Source: an uncultured delta proteobacterium (GTDB lineage Bacteria > Myxococcota_A > Polyangia > Polyangiales > Polyangiaceae). From it: a DNA stretch of 64,000 bases. The notes under the pieces were generated by a model. It searched no databases. It was not told the origin of the DNA and worked only from the letters and a program-made list of their open reading frames with translations. A program made the translations under genes and the position numbers. This document shows positions 18,945 to 29,282 of the stretch, in pieces. The stretch is from the NCBI GenBank assembly GCA_963841435.1, contig CAWJCS010000006.1, positions 672,001-736,000 on the forward strand, read 5' to 3'. Position 1 is the first letter of the stretch, and the number at the start of each line of letters is the position of its first letter.

Positions 18945-19865
18945 GTGGCCCAAGGCTCACCCCGAATTCTCCTCGGAGCGGATTTGCCTCATCGGCTCGG
19001 CAATCTGTCGGTGCCCGTCGAGAGGCTCTTCGTCCGCGGCGAGCTCCCGCGCGGGCCCGCCGTGGCGATCGTGGGGACGCGCACCCCGACGTTGGAAGCG
19101 GCGGCGTTCGCTCGCGCGCTGTCGCAGCGGCTCGCCGGGGATGGGGTCGCCATTGTCTCCGGCGGTGCTCGGGGCATCGACACGATGGCGCACGAAGGGG
19201 CGCTCGAGGCCGGCGGCGCGACCGTCGTCGTTGCACCGGCGGGGTACGACGCGCCCTACCCTCCACAAAACCGCGAGCTCTTCGCGCGCGTCATCGCTTG
19301 CGGGGGCGCATACGCTTCGCTCGTCGCCGACGACGTGAAGGCGCACCAGTCGAACTTCTTCCCGCGGAACGCCTGCCTTGTCGCGCTCGCGCACGTCGTC
19401 GTCGTGGCGGAGGCCCCAATCCGGAGCGGGGCGCGAAACGCCGCGAGCTTCGCGCGCAAGCTCGGGCGGCCTTTGCTCGTCGTGCCTGCCGCACCCTGGA
19501 ACGAGCGCGGGCGCGGCTCGATCCAGGAGCTCAAATGGGGCGCCTCTCCCTGTGACGGGGAGGCCGACGTGCTCGAAGCGCTCGCGCGCCAGCATCTCCA
19601 TCCCGTGGCCGGTGACGCCCAGGCGCCGGAGCCGCGCACCCAGATGAATCTGCCCTTTGCGGGTCCGGCGCCGAGCCCCGCCGCCCGGGTGCTCGCCGCG
19701 CTCGAAGCGGGAGCAACGAGCGTCGAGGCGGTTTCGGCGGCCACGGGGCTCGGAGCGGCGGCCGTCCAACGGCATCTCTTGACGCTCACACTGGAAGGTG
19801 TGCTAGCTCCCGACCCCGCGGGAGCCCTGCGGCCCGTGGCCGGCAGAAAAGGTTTCAGTCCATAA
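18945..19865 (+). CDS. dprA: DNA-processing protein DprA
   Basis: VAIVGTR, IVSGGARGIDTMAH, FFPRN and VVAEAPIRSGA motifs, C-terminal winged-helix segment; directly upstream of topA. Confidence 0.92.
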   Translation: MAQGSPRILLGADLPHRLGNLSVPVERLFVRGELPRGPAVAIVGTRTPTLEAAAFARALSQRLAGDGVAIVSGGARGIDTMAHEGALEAGGATVVVAPAGYDAPYPPQNRELFARVIACGGAYASLVADDVKAHQSNFFPRNACLVALAHVVVVAEAPIRSGARNAASFARKLGRPLLVVPAAPWNERGRGSIQELKWGASPCDGEADVLEALARQHLHPVAGDAQAPEPRTQMNLPFAGPAPSPAARVLAALEAGATSVEAVSAATGLGAAAVQRHLLTLTLEGVLAPDPAGALRPVAGRKGFSP

Positions 19866-19984
19866 AACCTTGAAATAAAAAGGAAAGTTTGCCGATCCGG
19901 CTCCACAACAGGGTTGCGCGTCGGTAACATTGCCCGAAACTTAGCGCCCCGGAACGCCCCCTGGCAGAAGAGAGACCCCCCTCA

Positions 19985-20014
19985 ATGGGCAAGACCCTCA
20001 TGGGCAAGACCCTC
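19985..20014 (+). repeat. Exact 15-bp tandem duplication of the topA start
   Basis: atgggcaagaccctc x2, encoding [10 protein letters not shown]. Confidence 0.95.
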
Positions 20015-22468
20015 GTCATCGTCGAATCCCCCGCCAAAGCCAAGACCATCAAGAAGTACTTGGGTCCTGGGTACGAGGTGGTGGCGAGCAAGGGTCACAT
20101 CAAGGACCTGCCCAAGCGTATGGGGATCGACGTCGAGAAGGGCTTCAAGGAGACGTACGAGGTCATCGAGAGCAAGGCCAAGGTGCTCTCCGAGCTCAGG
20201 ACCGAGGCGAAGAAGGTCGACGTGCTCCTGCTCGCGACCGACCCCGACCGCGAAGGCGAGGCGATCGCCTGGCACATCGCGGAGGAGCTCGGTCGGCCCA
20301 AACTCGAGGTGAAGCGCGTCGAGTTCGAAGAGATCACGAAGAAGGGGGTCGAGCGTGGCATCGAGTCGCCGAGGGCCCTCGACGCCCATCTCTACGACGC
20401 CCAGCGGGCCCGCCGCGTGCTCGATCGCATCGTGGGCTACGACGTTTCGGCGCTCGTTTGGAACAAGCTCGCCTTCGGGCTGAGCGCAGGCCGCGTCCAA
20501 TCGGTGGCACTCCGGCTCATCGTCGATCGCGAGCGCGAGATCGAAGCGTTCGTACCCGAGGAGTACTGGAACGTCGGCGTGGGTCTGCGAGGCGCTGCCA
20601 AGGAATCGTTCGTCGCCCGCCTGACCAAGGCAGACGGCGAAAAGCTCGAGGTGAAGGAGGGCACGAAGGCCGCCAGGGTCAAAGCGGATCTCGAGTCCGC
20701 GAGCTACAAGGTCACGGGCGTCACGCAGCGTGAGCAGCGCCGCCACGCCCCCGCTCCCTACACGACGAGCAAGCTCCAGCAGGATGCCACGAGCTACCTG
20801 CGTTTCACCACGAAACGCACGATGAACGTGGCTCAGCGCCTCTACGAAGGTATCGACCTCAAGAAGGACGGCGGGCTCGTCGGCCTCATCACCTACATGC
20901 GTACCGACTCGGTGCGCGTGAGCGCCGATGCCGCCGCCGAAGCGCGCGCCTTGGTCAAGAGCGAGTACGGCGACCGCTTCGTGCCCGACAAGCCCAACAT
21001 CTACAAATCGCGCAAGGACGCCCAGGAGGCGCACGAGGCCATTCGCCCGACATCGATGGAGCTGCCTCCCGCCAAGGTGCGAAAGTACGTCACCGACGAG
21101 CAGTTCAAGCTCTACCAGCTCATCTGGAACCGTTTCATCGCATCCCAGATGACGCAGGCCGTCTACGATCAGACGGGCGTCGACATCGAGGCCACGCCCA
21201 AGACTGCCGACAAGGGCCACGCGTCCTACGGCCTTCGGGCGAGCGGCAAGGTGCTGAAGTTTAGCGGCTGGCTCGAGCAATACCAGTCGGGGCGCGCCTT
21301 GGAGGAGGGCCCCAAGGAGCTCGCGGGCGAGGAGGAAGCGGACGGCGACGCCAAGGAACCGGCCGGCGCGAACGGCATCAACGGCTCCGTCGCCAAGGCG
21401 CGCGAGGGCGCGAAGGCGAGCGACGACGACGACGGCACGCTGCCGCCGATCGCGGAGGGCGAGGTGCTCTCGCTCGCGACGCCGCCCGGCGTGCTCGCCG
21501 AGCAGAAGTTCACCCAGCCGCCCCCGCGCTACAACGAAGGCTCGCTCGTGCGCGAGCTCGAAAAGCGCGGCATCGGTCGCCCCAGCACCTACGCGGAGAT
21601 CATCAGCAAGGTGCAGGCGCGCGACTACGTCGAGAAGCTGCCCGGCGGCCAGATGAAGGCGACGAACCTCGGCAAGATCGTGGTGGACGGCCTCGTTTCC
21701 ACCGATCTCGACTTCATGGAGCCGAGCTTCACCGCCAAGATGGAAGAAGAGCTCGACGAGGTCGAGGCAGGCAACCTCCAGCGCGAGGAGCTTCTCTCGC
21801 GCTTCTACGGCCGCTTCCGCGAGGTGCTCGACCGGGCCAAGAAGGCCAAGCGCTGGACGCCGGAGCCGGAGCTCACCGAGCACAAGTGCGAGGAGTGCGG
21901 CGCGCACTTGCTCAAGCGCTGGAGCAAGAACGGCTGGTTCCTCGGCTGCGAGACGTACCCGAAGTGCAAGTTCACGCGCGACCTCGGCAAGGACGGCAGC
22001 GCTCCCGCCGAGCTGCGTATGACGGACATCGTCTGCGACAAGTGCGGGAAATCCATGATCATCAAGACCGGGCGCTACGGAGAGTTTCTCTCCTGCAGCG
22101 GCTACCCGGAGTGCAAGAACGCCCGCCCCGTGCCGACGGGAGTGCAGTGCCCGAAGGACGCCGGCGACCTCGTGGAGGTGCGCTCGAAGAAGCGCGGCGG
22201 TCGCTCGTTCTACGGGTGCAGCAACTACCCGAAGTGCGACTTCAAGGTCTGGCAAAAGCCGATCAACGAGCCGTGCCCCCTCTGCAACCACCCGTTCTTG
22301 GTGGTGGGCGGGGGACAGAAGAACCCGAAGCTCGTGTGCGGGCGAGGCAAGGAGTGTGGCTACTCGCGCCCGCTCGAAGAGCCCACCGACGAGCAGGCGG
22401 CACCCGTCGACGCCCCTTCTGGTGCTCGCCCCGCGGTCGAGGACAGTCCGACCACGGCCCCGCCGTGA
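19985..22468 (+). CDS. topA: DNA topoisomerase I
   Basis: [33 protein letters not shown] and ITYMRTDS (catalytic Tyr), plus C-terminal Cys zinc ribbons. Alternative start at ATG 20000. Confidence 0.97.
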   Translation: MGKTLMGKTLVIVESPAKAKTIKKYLGPGYEVVASKGHIKDLPKRMGIDVEKGFKETYEVIESKAKVLSELRTEAKKVDVLLLATDPDREGEAIAWHIAEELGRPKLEVKRVEFEEITKKGVERGIESPRALDAHLYDAQRARRVLDRIVGYDVSALVWNKLAFGLSAGRVQSVALRLIVDREREIEAFVPEEYWNVGVGLRGAAKESFVARLTKADGEKLEVKEGTKAARVKADLESASYKVTGVTQREQRRHAPAPYTTSKLQQDATSYLRFTTKRTMNVAQRLYEGIDLKKDGGLVGLITYMRTDSVRVSADAAAEARALVKSEYGDRFVPDKPNIYKSRKDAQEAHEAIRPTSMELPPAKVRKYVTDEQFKLYQLIWNRFIASQMTQAVYDQTGVDIEATPKTADKGHASYGLRASGKVLKFSGWLEQYQSGRALEEGPKELAGEEEADGDAKEPAGANGINGSVAKAREGAKASDDDDGTLPPIAEGEVLSLATPPGVLAEQKFTQPPPRYNEGSLVRELEKRGIGRPSTYAEIISKVQARDYVEKLPGGQMKATNLGKIVVDGLVSTDLDFMEPSFTAKMEEELDEVEAGNLQREELLSRFYGRFREVLDRAKKAKRWTPEPELTEHKCEECGAHLLKRWSKNGWFLGCETYPKCKFTRDLGKDGSAPAELRMTDIVCDKCGKSMIIKTGRYGEFLSCSGYPECKNARPVPTGVQCPKDAGDLVEVRSKKRGGRSFYGCSNYPKCDFKVWQKPINEPCPLCNHPFLVVGGGQKNPKLVCGRGKECGYSRPLEEPTDEQAAPVDAPSGARPAVEDSPTTAPP

Positions 22469-23835
22469 CGGCCGCGTCCGTCACGATCGTCGGAGCAGGT
22501 CTCGCCGGATCGGAGGCGGCGCTCGCGCTCGCCCGGCGCGGCATCCGGGTCACCCTGCTCGAGCAGAAGCCCGAGCATCGGACCCCCGCTCAGAGCAGCG
22601 ATTCGCTCTGCGAGCTCGTTTGCTCGAACTCGTTCCGGGGCGCGGCGCTCGCCAACGCCGTCGGCCTGCTCAAGGAGGAGATGCGCCGTCTCGACTCGAC
22701 GGTGATGGCCGTCGCCGAGCGCACGCGCGTACCCGCTGGCGGCGCGCTCGCCGTCGATCGCGAGCGCTTCTCGGCGGAGATGACGCGGCTCTTGCGTGAA
22801 AATCCGTGCATCGAAGTGCGGAGCGAGCTCGTCGAGCGTCTACCTGACGCTCGCCCCCTCGTGATCGCCACGGGGCCGCTCACGGGCGACGCGCTGGCTC
22901 GGGACATCGCACGTCGCGTCGGTGAGGACCGCCTCGCGTACTACGACGCCATCGCCCCCATCGTGAGCGCCGACAGCATCGACGAGACGCGCGTGTTTCG
23001 CGCTTCGCGCTGGGACAAGGGCGAGACCGAGGCCGATCGCGAGGCCTACGTGAACGCGCCACTCGACGAGAGCCAGTACCGGGCGTTCGTGAAGGAGCTC
23101 GTCCTGGCACGCAAGGTGGCTCCCGAGAGCTTCGAAGACGCTCGCTACTTCGAGGGGTGCTTGCCCATCGAGGTCATGGCCGAGCGCGGCGAGATGACGC
23201 TGGCGTTCGGTCCCATGAAGCCCGTCGGGCTCACCGATCCACGCACGGGGCGCTGGCCCTTCGCCGTGGTCCAGCTCCGGCCCGAGGACGATGCGGCCAC
23301 GGCCTACAATATCGTGGGCTTTCAGACCCGCATGCTCCGGGGCGAGCAGGAGCGGCTGTTTCGCACCATCCCCGGCCTCGAACAGGCGGAATTTCTCCGC
23401 TTCGGCGCCGTCCACCGCAACACGTTCCTGCGGGCACCCACGCTGCTCGACGCGACCTTCCAGCTTCGCGCGGAGCCGGGACTCTATTTCGCGGGGCAGG
23501 TGAGTGGCGTCGAAGGTTACGTAGAGAGCGCGGCGAGCGGCCTTCTGGTCGCGCGCTTCGTTACCGAGCGGCTGGAAGGGCGGGAGCCAGTGCTGCCCCC
23601 CGCAACGACGGCGCTCGGTGGGCTGCTCGCGCAGCTTTCACGGCATCCCGAGGACTACCAGCCCTCCAACATCACGTTTTCGCACCTCTTGCCGCATACC
23701 GGCCCGCGGCTCAAGAAGCGAGCCAAGTACGAAGCCATGGCAGAGCGTGCACTCGCCGATCTCGCGAGTTGGCTCGAAGGCCCGAGCGGTGCGACCCCGA
23801 GGGGTGAAGCCGCCGAGCCGGCTTTCGCTGGCTAG
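22465..23835 (+). CDS. trmFO: tRNA (uracil-54-C5)-methyltransferase TrmFO
   Basis: GTG overlaps the topA stop; [43 protein letters not shown] and [15 protein letters not shown]. Confidence 0.95.
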   Translation: MTAASVTIVGAGLAGSEAALALARRGIRVTLLEQKPEHRTPAQSSDSLCELVCSNSFRGAALANAVGLLKEEMRRLDSTVMAVAERTRVPAGGALAVDRERFSAEMTRLLRENPCIEVRSELVERLPDARPLVIATGPLTGDALARDIARRVGEDRLAYYDAIAPIVSADSIDETRVFRASRWDKGETEADREAYVNAPLDESQYRAFVKELVLARKVAPESFEDARYFEGCLPIEVMAERGEMTLAFGPMKPVGLTDPRTGRWPFAVVQLRPEDDAATAYNIVGFQTRMLRGEQERLFRTIPGLEQAEFLRFGAVHRNTFLRAPTLLDATFQLRAEPGLYFAGQVSGVEGYVESAASGLLVARFVTERLEGREPVLPPATTALGGLLAQLSRHPEDYQPSNITFSHLLPHTGPRLKKRAKYEAMAERALADLASWLEGPSGATPRGEAAEPAFAG

Positions 23836-23911
23836 TTTGCCAGCGGCCTTGGGGAGACTTAGCTTAAAGATCCCCTGACCCAGGGCGCTTCTTCCCTGGG
23901 CTCGCGGGAAG

Positions 23912-26068
23912 ATGCTGAATCTCGAGTCCCTCGTCAACCTCGTCAAGAGCTACCACCCGGTGGCGGACGTTGACCTCATCCGCAAGGCTTACCGCTATTC
24001 GGAATGGGCTCACCGGGGGCAGATCAGAAAGAGCGGGGATCCGTACTTCATCCACCCCGCGGGGGTCGCCGGGCTGATCACCGAGCTCCGGCTCGACACC
24101 GCTAGCGTCTGCGCCGGCCTGCTCCACGACGTGCTCGAGGACACCCTCGTCAGCACCGAGGACCTAGAGCGCGAGTTCGGCCCCGAGGTCGCCACGATCG
24201 TCGATGGCGTGACCAAGCTCGGCAAGATCAACTTCAGCTCCCGCGAGGATCGCCAGGCCGAGAGCTTCGGCAAGATGGTCGTCGCCATGGCGCGCGACCT
24301 TCGCGTGCTGCTCGTCAAGCTCTGCGACCGGCTCGACAACATGCGCACGCTGGGCGCCATGAAGCCCGAGTCGCAGGAGCGCATCGCGCGCGAGACGCGG
24401 GAGATCTACGCGCCGCTCGCCTCGCGGCTCGGCATGCAGCGCCTCAAGAGCGAGCTCGAGGATCTCTCGTTCAAGTACCTCGAGCCCGAGATCTACCTGG
24501 AGATAAAGAAGAAGCTCGAGCGCACCGCGAAGGAGCGGGACCGCTACACGGAGAGCGTGTGCCGCACCATCGTGTCGCGTCTCGCCGAGCAGGGGTTCGC
24601 CGCCGAGGTGACGGGCCGCGCGAAGCACTTCTACTCCGTTCACCGCAAGATGAAGGACCAGGGCTGCGACTTCGAGCAGGTCTACGACATCCTGGCCTTC
24701 CGCATTTGTGTCGAATCGGTCGCCGATTGCTACGCGGCGCTCGGGGCCATGCACTCGCGCTGGACGCCGATTCCAGGGCGCTTCAAGGACTACATCGCGC
24801 TTCCCAAGCCCAATATGTACCAGTCGCTGCACACGACGGTGATTGGGCCCGGACGGCAGCGCATCGAGATCCAGATCCGCACGCACGAGATGCATCGCGT
24901 GGCCGAGCACGGGGTCGCGGCGCACTGGCGTTACAAGGAGCGCATCTCGGGTGGTGTCGACCCGAAGGACGCCGAGAAGTTCACTTGGCTGCGCGAGCTC
25001 GCCGACTTTCAGCGCAACGTGAAGGATCCGGTCGAGTTCCTCGAGAGCGTGAAGATCGATCTTTTCCCGGACGAGGTCTACGTCTTCACGCCCAAGGGCG
25101 ACGTGCGGGTGCTGCCCCGAGGATCCACGCCCATCGACTTCGCGTATGCCATTCATTCCGAGGTCGGGGAGCACTGTTCGGGGGCGCGCGCGAACGGACA
25201 AATCGTCCCGCTTCGCTACAAGCTGAAGAGTGGTGACGTCATCGAGGTGATGACGAGCGCGAACCAGCAGCCGAGCAAGGACTGGCTGGATTTCTGCGTC
25301 ACCACGCGCGCTCGCTCGCGCATCCGCTCCCACATTCGCATCGACCTGCGCGAAAAGAGCGTGAATCTCGGGCGCGAGCTACTCGAAGCGGAGATGCGAG
25401 GGGCGGGTTTGTCGTACGCCAAGCTCTCGAAGAACGAAGAGGAAGCCAAGCGCCTCGCCACCGAGCACGGCTCCACGACCCTCGACGATCTCTTGCTCGC
25501 CGTCGGCTACGGCAAGATCCACGCGGAGGACGTCGTCGAGTCCCTCCAGGCGCCGACCCCCGACAGCGAGCCGCCGCGCGAGCTTCGCACCGGGACGTTC
25601 GAGAAGTTCGTGCGCCGTGTCACGGGGCGCGACCAGTCGGGCATTCGCGTGAGTGGCGAGGACGACGTGCTGGTGCGCTACGCGCGCTGCTGCAGCCCGC
25701 TGCCGGGAGATGCCATCATCGGCTTCATCACGCGGGGGCGCGGGGTCACGGTCCACCGGCGCGAGTGTCGCAAAGCACTCGACATGGATCCGGACCGCCG
25801 CATCGACGTTTCCTGGGACACGAAAGCCAAGGTGCAGCGCCCCGTTCAGCTCTGCGTCACGACGACCAACAAGCCCGGTATCCTCGCCACCGTGAGCCAG
25901 ACCTTCAGCTCGCAGAGCATCAACATCAGCGAAGCGAACTGCCGCGCCGACGACGACGGTCACGCCCGCAACGTGTTCACCTTCAACTGCACCGACTTGT
26001 CGCAGCTCAAGAGCGTCATCAAGGCGCTGCAGCGCGTCAGCGGCGTGGTGGAAGTGTCTCGGATCTGA
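23912..26068 (+). CDS. relA: Bifunctional (p)ppGpp synthetase/hydrolase (long RSH)
   Basis: Intact HD motif LHDVLED; RFKDYIALPKPNMYQSLHT and EIQIRT; TGS (VFTPKG), CCSPLPGD and a C-terminal ACT domain. Confidence 0.95.
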   Translation: MLNLESLVNLVKSYHPVADVDLIRKAYRYSEWAHRGQIRKSGDPYFIHPAGVAGLITELRLDTASVCAGLLHDVLEDTLVSTEDLEREFGPEVATIVDGVTKLGKINFSSREDRQAESFGKMVVAMARDLRVLLVKLCDRLDNMRTLGAMKPESQERIARETREIYAPLASRLGMQRLKSELEDLSFKYLEPEIYLEIKKKLERTAKERDRYTESVCRTIVSRLAEQGFAAEVTGRAKHFYSVHRKMKDQGCDFEQVYDILAFRICVESVADCYAALGAMHSRWTPIPGRFKDYIALPKPNMYQSLHTTVIGPGRQRIEIQIRTHEMHRVAEHGVAAHWRYKERISGGVDPKDAEKFTWLRELADFQRNVKDPVEFLESVKIDLFPDEVYVFTPKGDVRVLPRGSTPIDFAYAIHSEVGEHCSGARANGQIVPLRYKLKSGDVIEVMTSANQQPSKDWLDFCVTTRARSRIRSHIRIDLREKSVNLGRELLEAEMRGAGLSYAKLSKNEEEAKRLATEHGSTTLDDLLLAVGYGKIHAEDVVESLQAPTPDSEPPRELRTGTFEKFVRRVTGRDQSGIRVSGEDDVLVRYARCCSPLPGDAIIGFITRGRGVTVHRRECRKALDMDPDRRIDVSWDTKAKVQRPVQLCVTTTNKPGILATVSQTFSSQSINISEANCRADDDGHARNVFTFNCTDLSQLKSVIKALQRVSGVVEVSRI

Positions 26069-27845
26069 CGGCGGTCCGGAACGAGAACTGGTCGACGAGC
26101 ACGGGGCGCTCGGCGGGATCGAGCGGGTCGCGCAGGCCCACACAGTAGCCGTCGACGCCGCGGCCGTCGGCGCGCAAGCGCAACCGTACGAAGTGCTTGA
26201 AGCCGGGATGGTCGAGCGCCGTGAAGGCCTGCGTGTGCTCGAAGCCGAGGCGTGTGAGCAACGCGAGATAGGCGCCGAACACGAAGACTCCCGTGAGCAC
26301 GGCCGTCGCGAGCGTGAGCGCGACGATCACGTCCGTCTCCAGGCGGATGCCGGCGCGCTGGAGGCCGCGCCCGAGCACGAAAGAGATGGCGATGGGCAGG
26401 AGTGCCGTGAAAAAGGCCGTCAGAAACGCCAGTGGCACCACGCGCTTGCGACGGCGTGCGCCGCCGATCAGCGCGTAGGTCGTGCCGAGCACGAGCGTCA
26501 CGGCGACGGGCGCCGACAGGATCACGCCGAGCCGCTCGTAAAAGCGCGCTCCGAAGCTCACGGCCGGCGCGAACAGCGCGAGCAGTACCAGGTGCGGCAA
26601 AATACCCGACCGACCGCGAGCGACCTTGAACGGTACCTGGCGCAGGAGCGACAGGCACTGCGCGGCGCCGGGCCACTGCGCTTCGGGTGTCATGCCTCCC
26701 GACGCGATGCGCGCCGAGTGAAGGAACGCGCCGCCGCCGCCCGCCGTGACGTGCAGCAAGCGAGGCCGTTCGAGCCGTTGATAGTGGTGGATGTCGCCCG
26801 TGAGCACGAAGTGGTCTCTCGCCCCGAGATCCAGCCTCAGGCTCTCGACCATCTGCGTGCCGCTCCGGCTCGGCGCGCCGAAGCGATACACCGGGTCGGG
26901 TAGCAGCACGAGCGTCGGGTGCTCGGGGCGCTCCTGGTAGAAATCCATCAGGAACCGGCGCTGGCGCGTGTCGGGAGTGCGAAGCTGGCGGTCAACGGCG
27001 AGCATGTCGAGTCCCGGCGCAAGTCGGAGCGCAAAATAACTCGCATTTTGCACCGGCGCGTAGCCCGCGAGCACGAGCGCTCGGGGCTTTTCGATCTTGC
27101 CTCCGCGCACGAACTCACGCGCCCACTCGGCGTAGTGCTGCAGCGTGAGCGGCGAGATGCCGACGACGCTCGGGCGCGCCTCGTCCTCCGACGTGGTGCG
27201 CCGGCGAAACAGGCGTCCGAAGCCGTCGAGGCCGTCGTACCAGTCGTGGTTGCCGGGAATGCCGAGCAGCACGCGGCGCTGCCCGTCGCGCGGTAGACCA
27301 TCGAGCACCTGATTGAACGGCACGATGACGCGGTTGGTCACCTCCTGTGCCGTCGCGACCGGGTAGGCGGTGTCGCCCCCGAAGATGAGGATCTCACCGC
27401 GCGGCGCGACGAGGTGCTCGCCGGGGCGGTCGGGGTCGGGAAGCTCGTATTCGGCGAACAGGAGCCGCGCGACCGCACGGCTCACGGCAACGTCGTCGCC
27501 CGTGTCCGCCACGAAGTCGAGCCACAGGTCGCGTTCGAGGGCCTCGAGCAGAGTCGCCCGCGTCGGGTCGCCTCCGAGCTCGGTCGCGACGCGCGCGAGC
27601 AGCTCGTCGGGCGCGTCGGGCGTCATCCAGTCGCGCGAATCAACGTCCTCGGTCGCGATCGCCGCCGCGAGGAAGTGCCTGAGGTGCCCCCAAAAAGACG
27701 TGAGTCCGAACCACACCACGCCGCGCGGGCGCTCGGTGCCGCGCCTGAAGCGGCGCCGCACCCCCGGATCGGGCACGCCGGGACGGAACGGGCCCGGGGC
27801 CAGCCCGCCAGGTGACCTCTGAGCTGGTTCTGAGTGGGGATCCAT
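26037..27845 (-). CDS. Calcineurin-like metallophosphoesterase with C-terminal membrane segments
   Basis: DFVADTGD, GGDTAYP, IPGNHDWYDGL, LTGDIHHY and GGGGAFLH, then about 4 hydrophobic helices; start set at ATG 27845. Confidence 0.8.
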   Translation of the reverse strand: MDPHSEPAQRSPGGLAPGPFRPGVPDPGVRRRFRRGTERPRGVVWFGLTSFWGHLRHFLAAAIATEDVDSRDWMTPDAPDELLARVATELGGDPTRATLLEALERDLWLDFVADTGDDVAVSRAVARLLFAEYELPDPDRPGEHLVAPRGEILIFGGDTAYPVATAQEVTNRVIVPFNQVLDGLPRDGQRRVLLGIPGNHDWYDGLDGFGRLFRRRTTSEDEARPSVVGISPLTLQHYAEWAREFVRGGKIEKPRALVLAGYAPVQNASYFALRLAPGLDMLAVDRQLRTPDTRQRRFLMDFYQERPEHPTLVLLPDPVYRFGAPSRSGTQMVESLRLDLGARDHFVLTGDIHHYQRLERPRLLHVTAGGGGAFLHSARIASGGMTPEAQWPGAAQCLSLLRQVPFKVARGRSGILPHLVLLALFAPAVSFGARFYERLGVILSAPVAVTLVLGTTYALIGGARRRKRVVPLAFLTAFFTALLPIAISFVLGRGLQRAGIRLETDVIVALTLATAVLTGVFVFGAYLALLTRLGFEHTQAFTALDHPGFKHFVRLRLRADGRGVDGYCVGLRDPLDPAERPVLVDQFSFRTAVRSETLPPRR

Positions 27846-27969
27846 CAGCGCCCTCGGTGAAGCGGTGAGCCCACAAAATGCGAGCGGCCCCAGCCCGGGG
27901 ATCCCGCCGCCCGGATTTTTCCGGGCCTCGGTGATCGTCCGCGCCGGGGCCGACCCGGGGAGGCCTCGC

Positions 27970-28293
27970 TTACTGGCCGACCACGATCGTGCAGGTCGAG
28001 GCGTAGAGGCCGAGGATGGCGAAGTTGTCGTGGTCCACGTGCGCCACCTGGGTGATGCCGCCAGCAGCCTTCGCGGCGCTGAGCGAAGCGTCACCGGTGC
28101 CGATGATGCCGAGGATCGAGGAGGCACATGCTTGCCCCGTCTTCGTTCCCTGACCCGGACCCACGTTACCGCCCATCTTGTAGCCGCTGTAGATGAAGCC
28201 GTTCACAGCGCCGTTGCCACCAGCCGCCATGGCGCAGCCACCCGCGACGCAGGCGAACACAAGAAGAGCGCCCATCTTGACGAGATTTTTCAT
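27970..28293 (-). CDS. TRL-like family lipoprotein
   Basis: Strong RBS AGGAGAG; lipobox-like AGGC; G.ACASSILGIIGTGDASLSAAKAAGGITQVAHVD...CTIVVG pattern. Confidence 0.85.
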   Translation of the reverse strand: MKNLVKMGALLVFACVAGGCAMAAGGNGAVNGFIYSGYKMGGNVGPGQGTKTGQACASSILGIIGTGDASLSAAKAAGGITQVAHVDHDNFAILGLYASTCTIVVGQ

Positions 28294-28457
28294 GACTATT
28301 TCTCTCTCCTGAATGGTTTCACGCTCCCCAAAAGCAGTTTCGTGAAACGGGCGCCAGCATATACGGGAAACCTAGCGAGTCCATAGTGCACGACCTATTT
28401 TTCAGGGCAATTGGTCGCCCGGCCGGTCCTCGCGGCGTTACGCCTTCACTCATCAAT

Positions 28458-29249
28458 CTACTTAACGAAGACGATCGGGTGACTGCCCCGTCGCAGGGTG
28501 GGGGGTTCCTCACCTGCGATCTCGAAGATGAGTCCCGTCATCACTGCGCTCGGCTGCCCAACCCAGCGCCATAGATACTCGCGTTCCACCCTCACTGATA
28601 TCCGCAGCCCGCCGCTCTTGAATCCAACCCGTGCCGTGGCCCCGGGCGAGAGCCCACCGAAGCTGAACTTCCCGTCGGAGAAATCCAAAGTCAGAGGGAC
28701 GAGGCTCGGCCCCGCACCGAGCTCGATCCCCGCGATGCGGAGGCCACCCTCGTAGAGGTAGCGATAGATGGGAACGATGGTCCAGTGCGAATAAAGGCGA
28801 AGCTCCCAATCGCGATGCACGCTGAGCCACCACGCCCCGCGCGTCTCGCGCACGGTTTCGCCACGACCGAGCGCGACGCCGTGAAATGGCGTCACCCGAT
28901 CGACGACGCGGAAGCTGGCGGGCCCGCCGAACCAGACGACCTCGCGCGCCGAGGCGAACGGATCGAAGAGCGGCCACCGCTTCCACGCGACGGGTTGAGC
29001 GGCGGCCGCTCGGTTCGTCGGCGGTGGCTCGGCGGGTTTCGGCGGCGTCGCAGGTGCCGCGGTTTCTCGCGACACGTGCTCACCCGAAGCGGCGCTCGGC
29101 GCCGCCGTTAACGCGGCTGGCGCGGCCGACGAGCCCGCGCCGGGCGGTGCCGCGTGGACGACTCCGGGCGAAAGGGCCTGTGTCGCGCCGAGCCAGACCG
29201 CCGCGAGGGCGAGCTTTTTCGTTGGTCTGGGTCCCGTCCGGAAGCGCAT
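28458..29249 (-). CDS. Hypothetical exported protein (Pro/Ala linker plus beta-rich domain)
   Basis: Signal-like N-terminus ending VHA, low-complexity linker, amphipathic strand-like C-terminal half. Confidence 0.55.
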   Translation of the reverse strand: MRFRTGPRPTKKLALAAVWLGATQALSPGVVHAAPPGAGSSAAPAALTAAPSAASGEHVSRETAAPATPPKPAEPPPTNRAAAAQPVAWKRWPLFDPFASAREVVWFGGPASFRVVDRVTPFHGVALGRGETVRETRGAWWLSVHRDWELRLYSHWTIVPIYRYLYEGGLRIAGIELGAGPSLVPLTLDFSDGKFSFGGLSPGATARVGFKSGGLRISVRVEREYLWRWVGQPSAVMTGLIFEIAGEEPPTLRRGSHPIVFVK

Positions 29250-29282
29250 GGAAGGCGACGCTATAGCATCGTCGCCGAGCGT

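Noticed and set aside
27909-27926. Inverted repeat gcccgga-N4-tccgggc (also gtggcgg-N6-ccgccac at 18871-18890)
   Set aside because: Short GC-rich stems without a U-tract are common by chance at this GC content, so they cannot be supported as terminators or operators.
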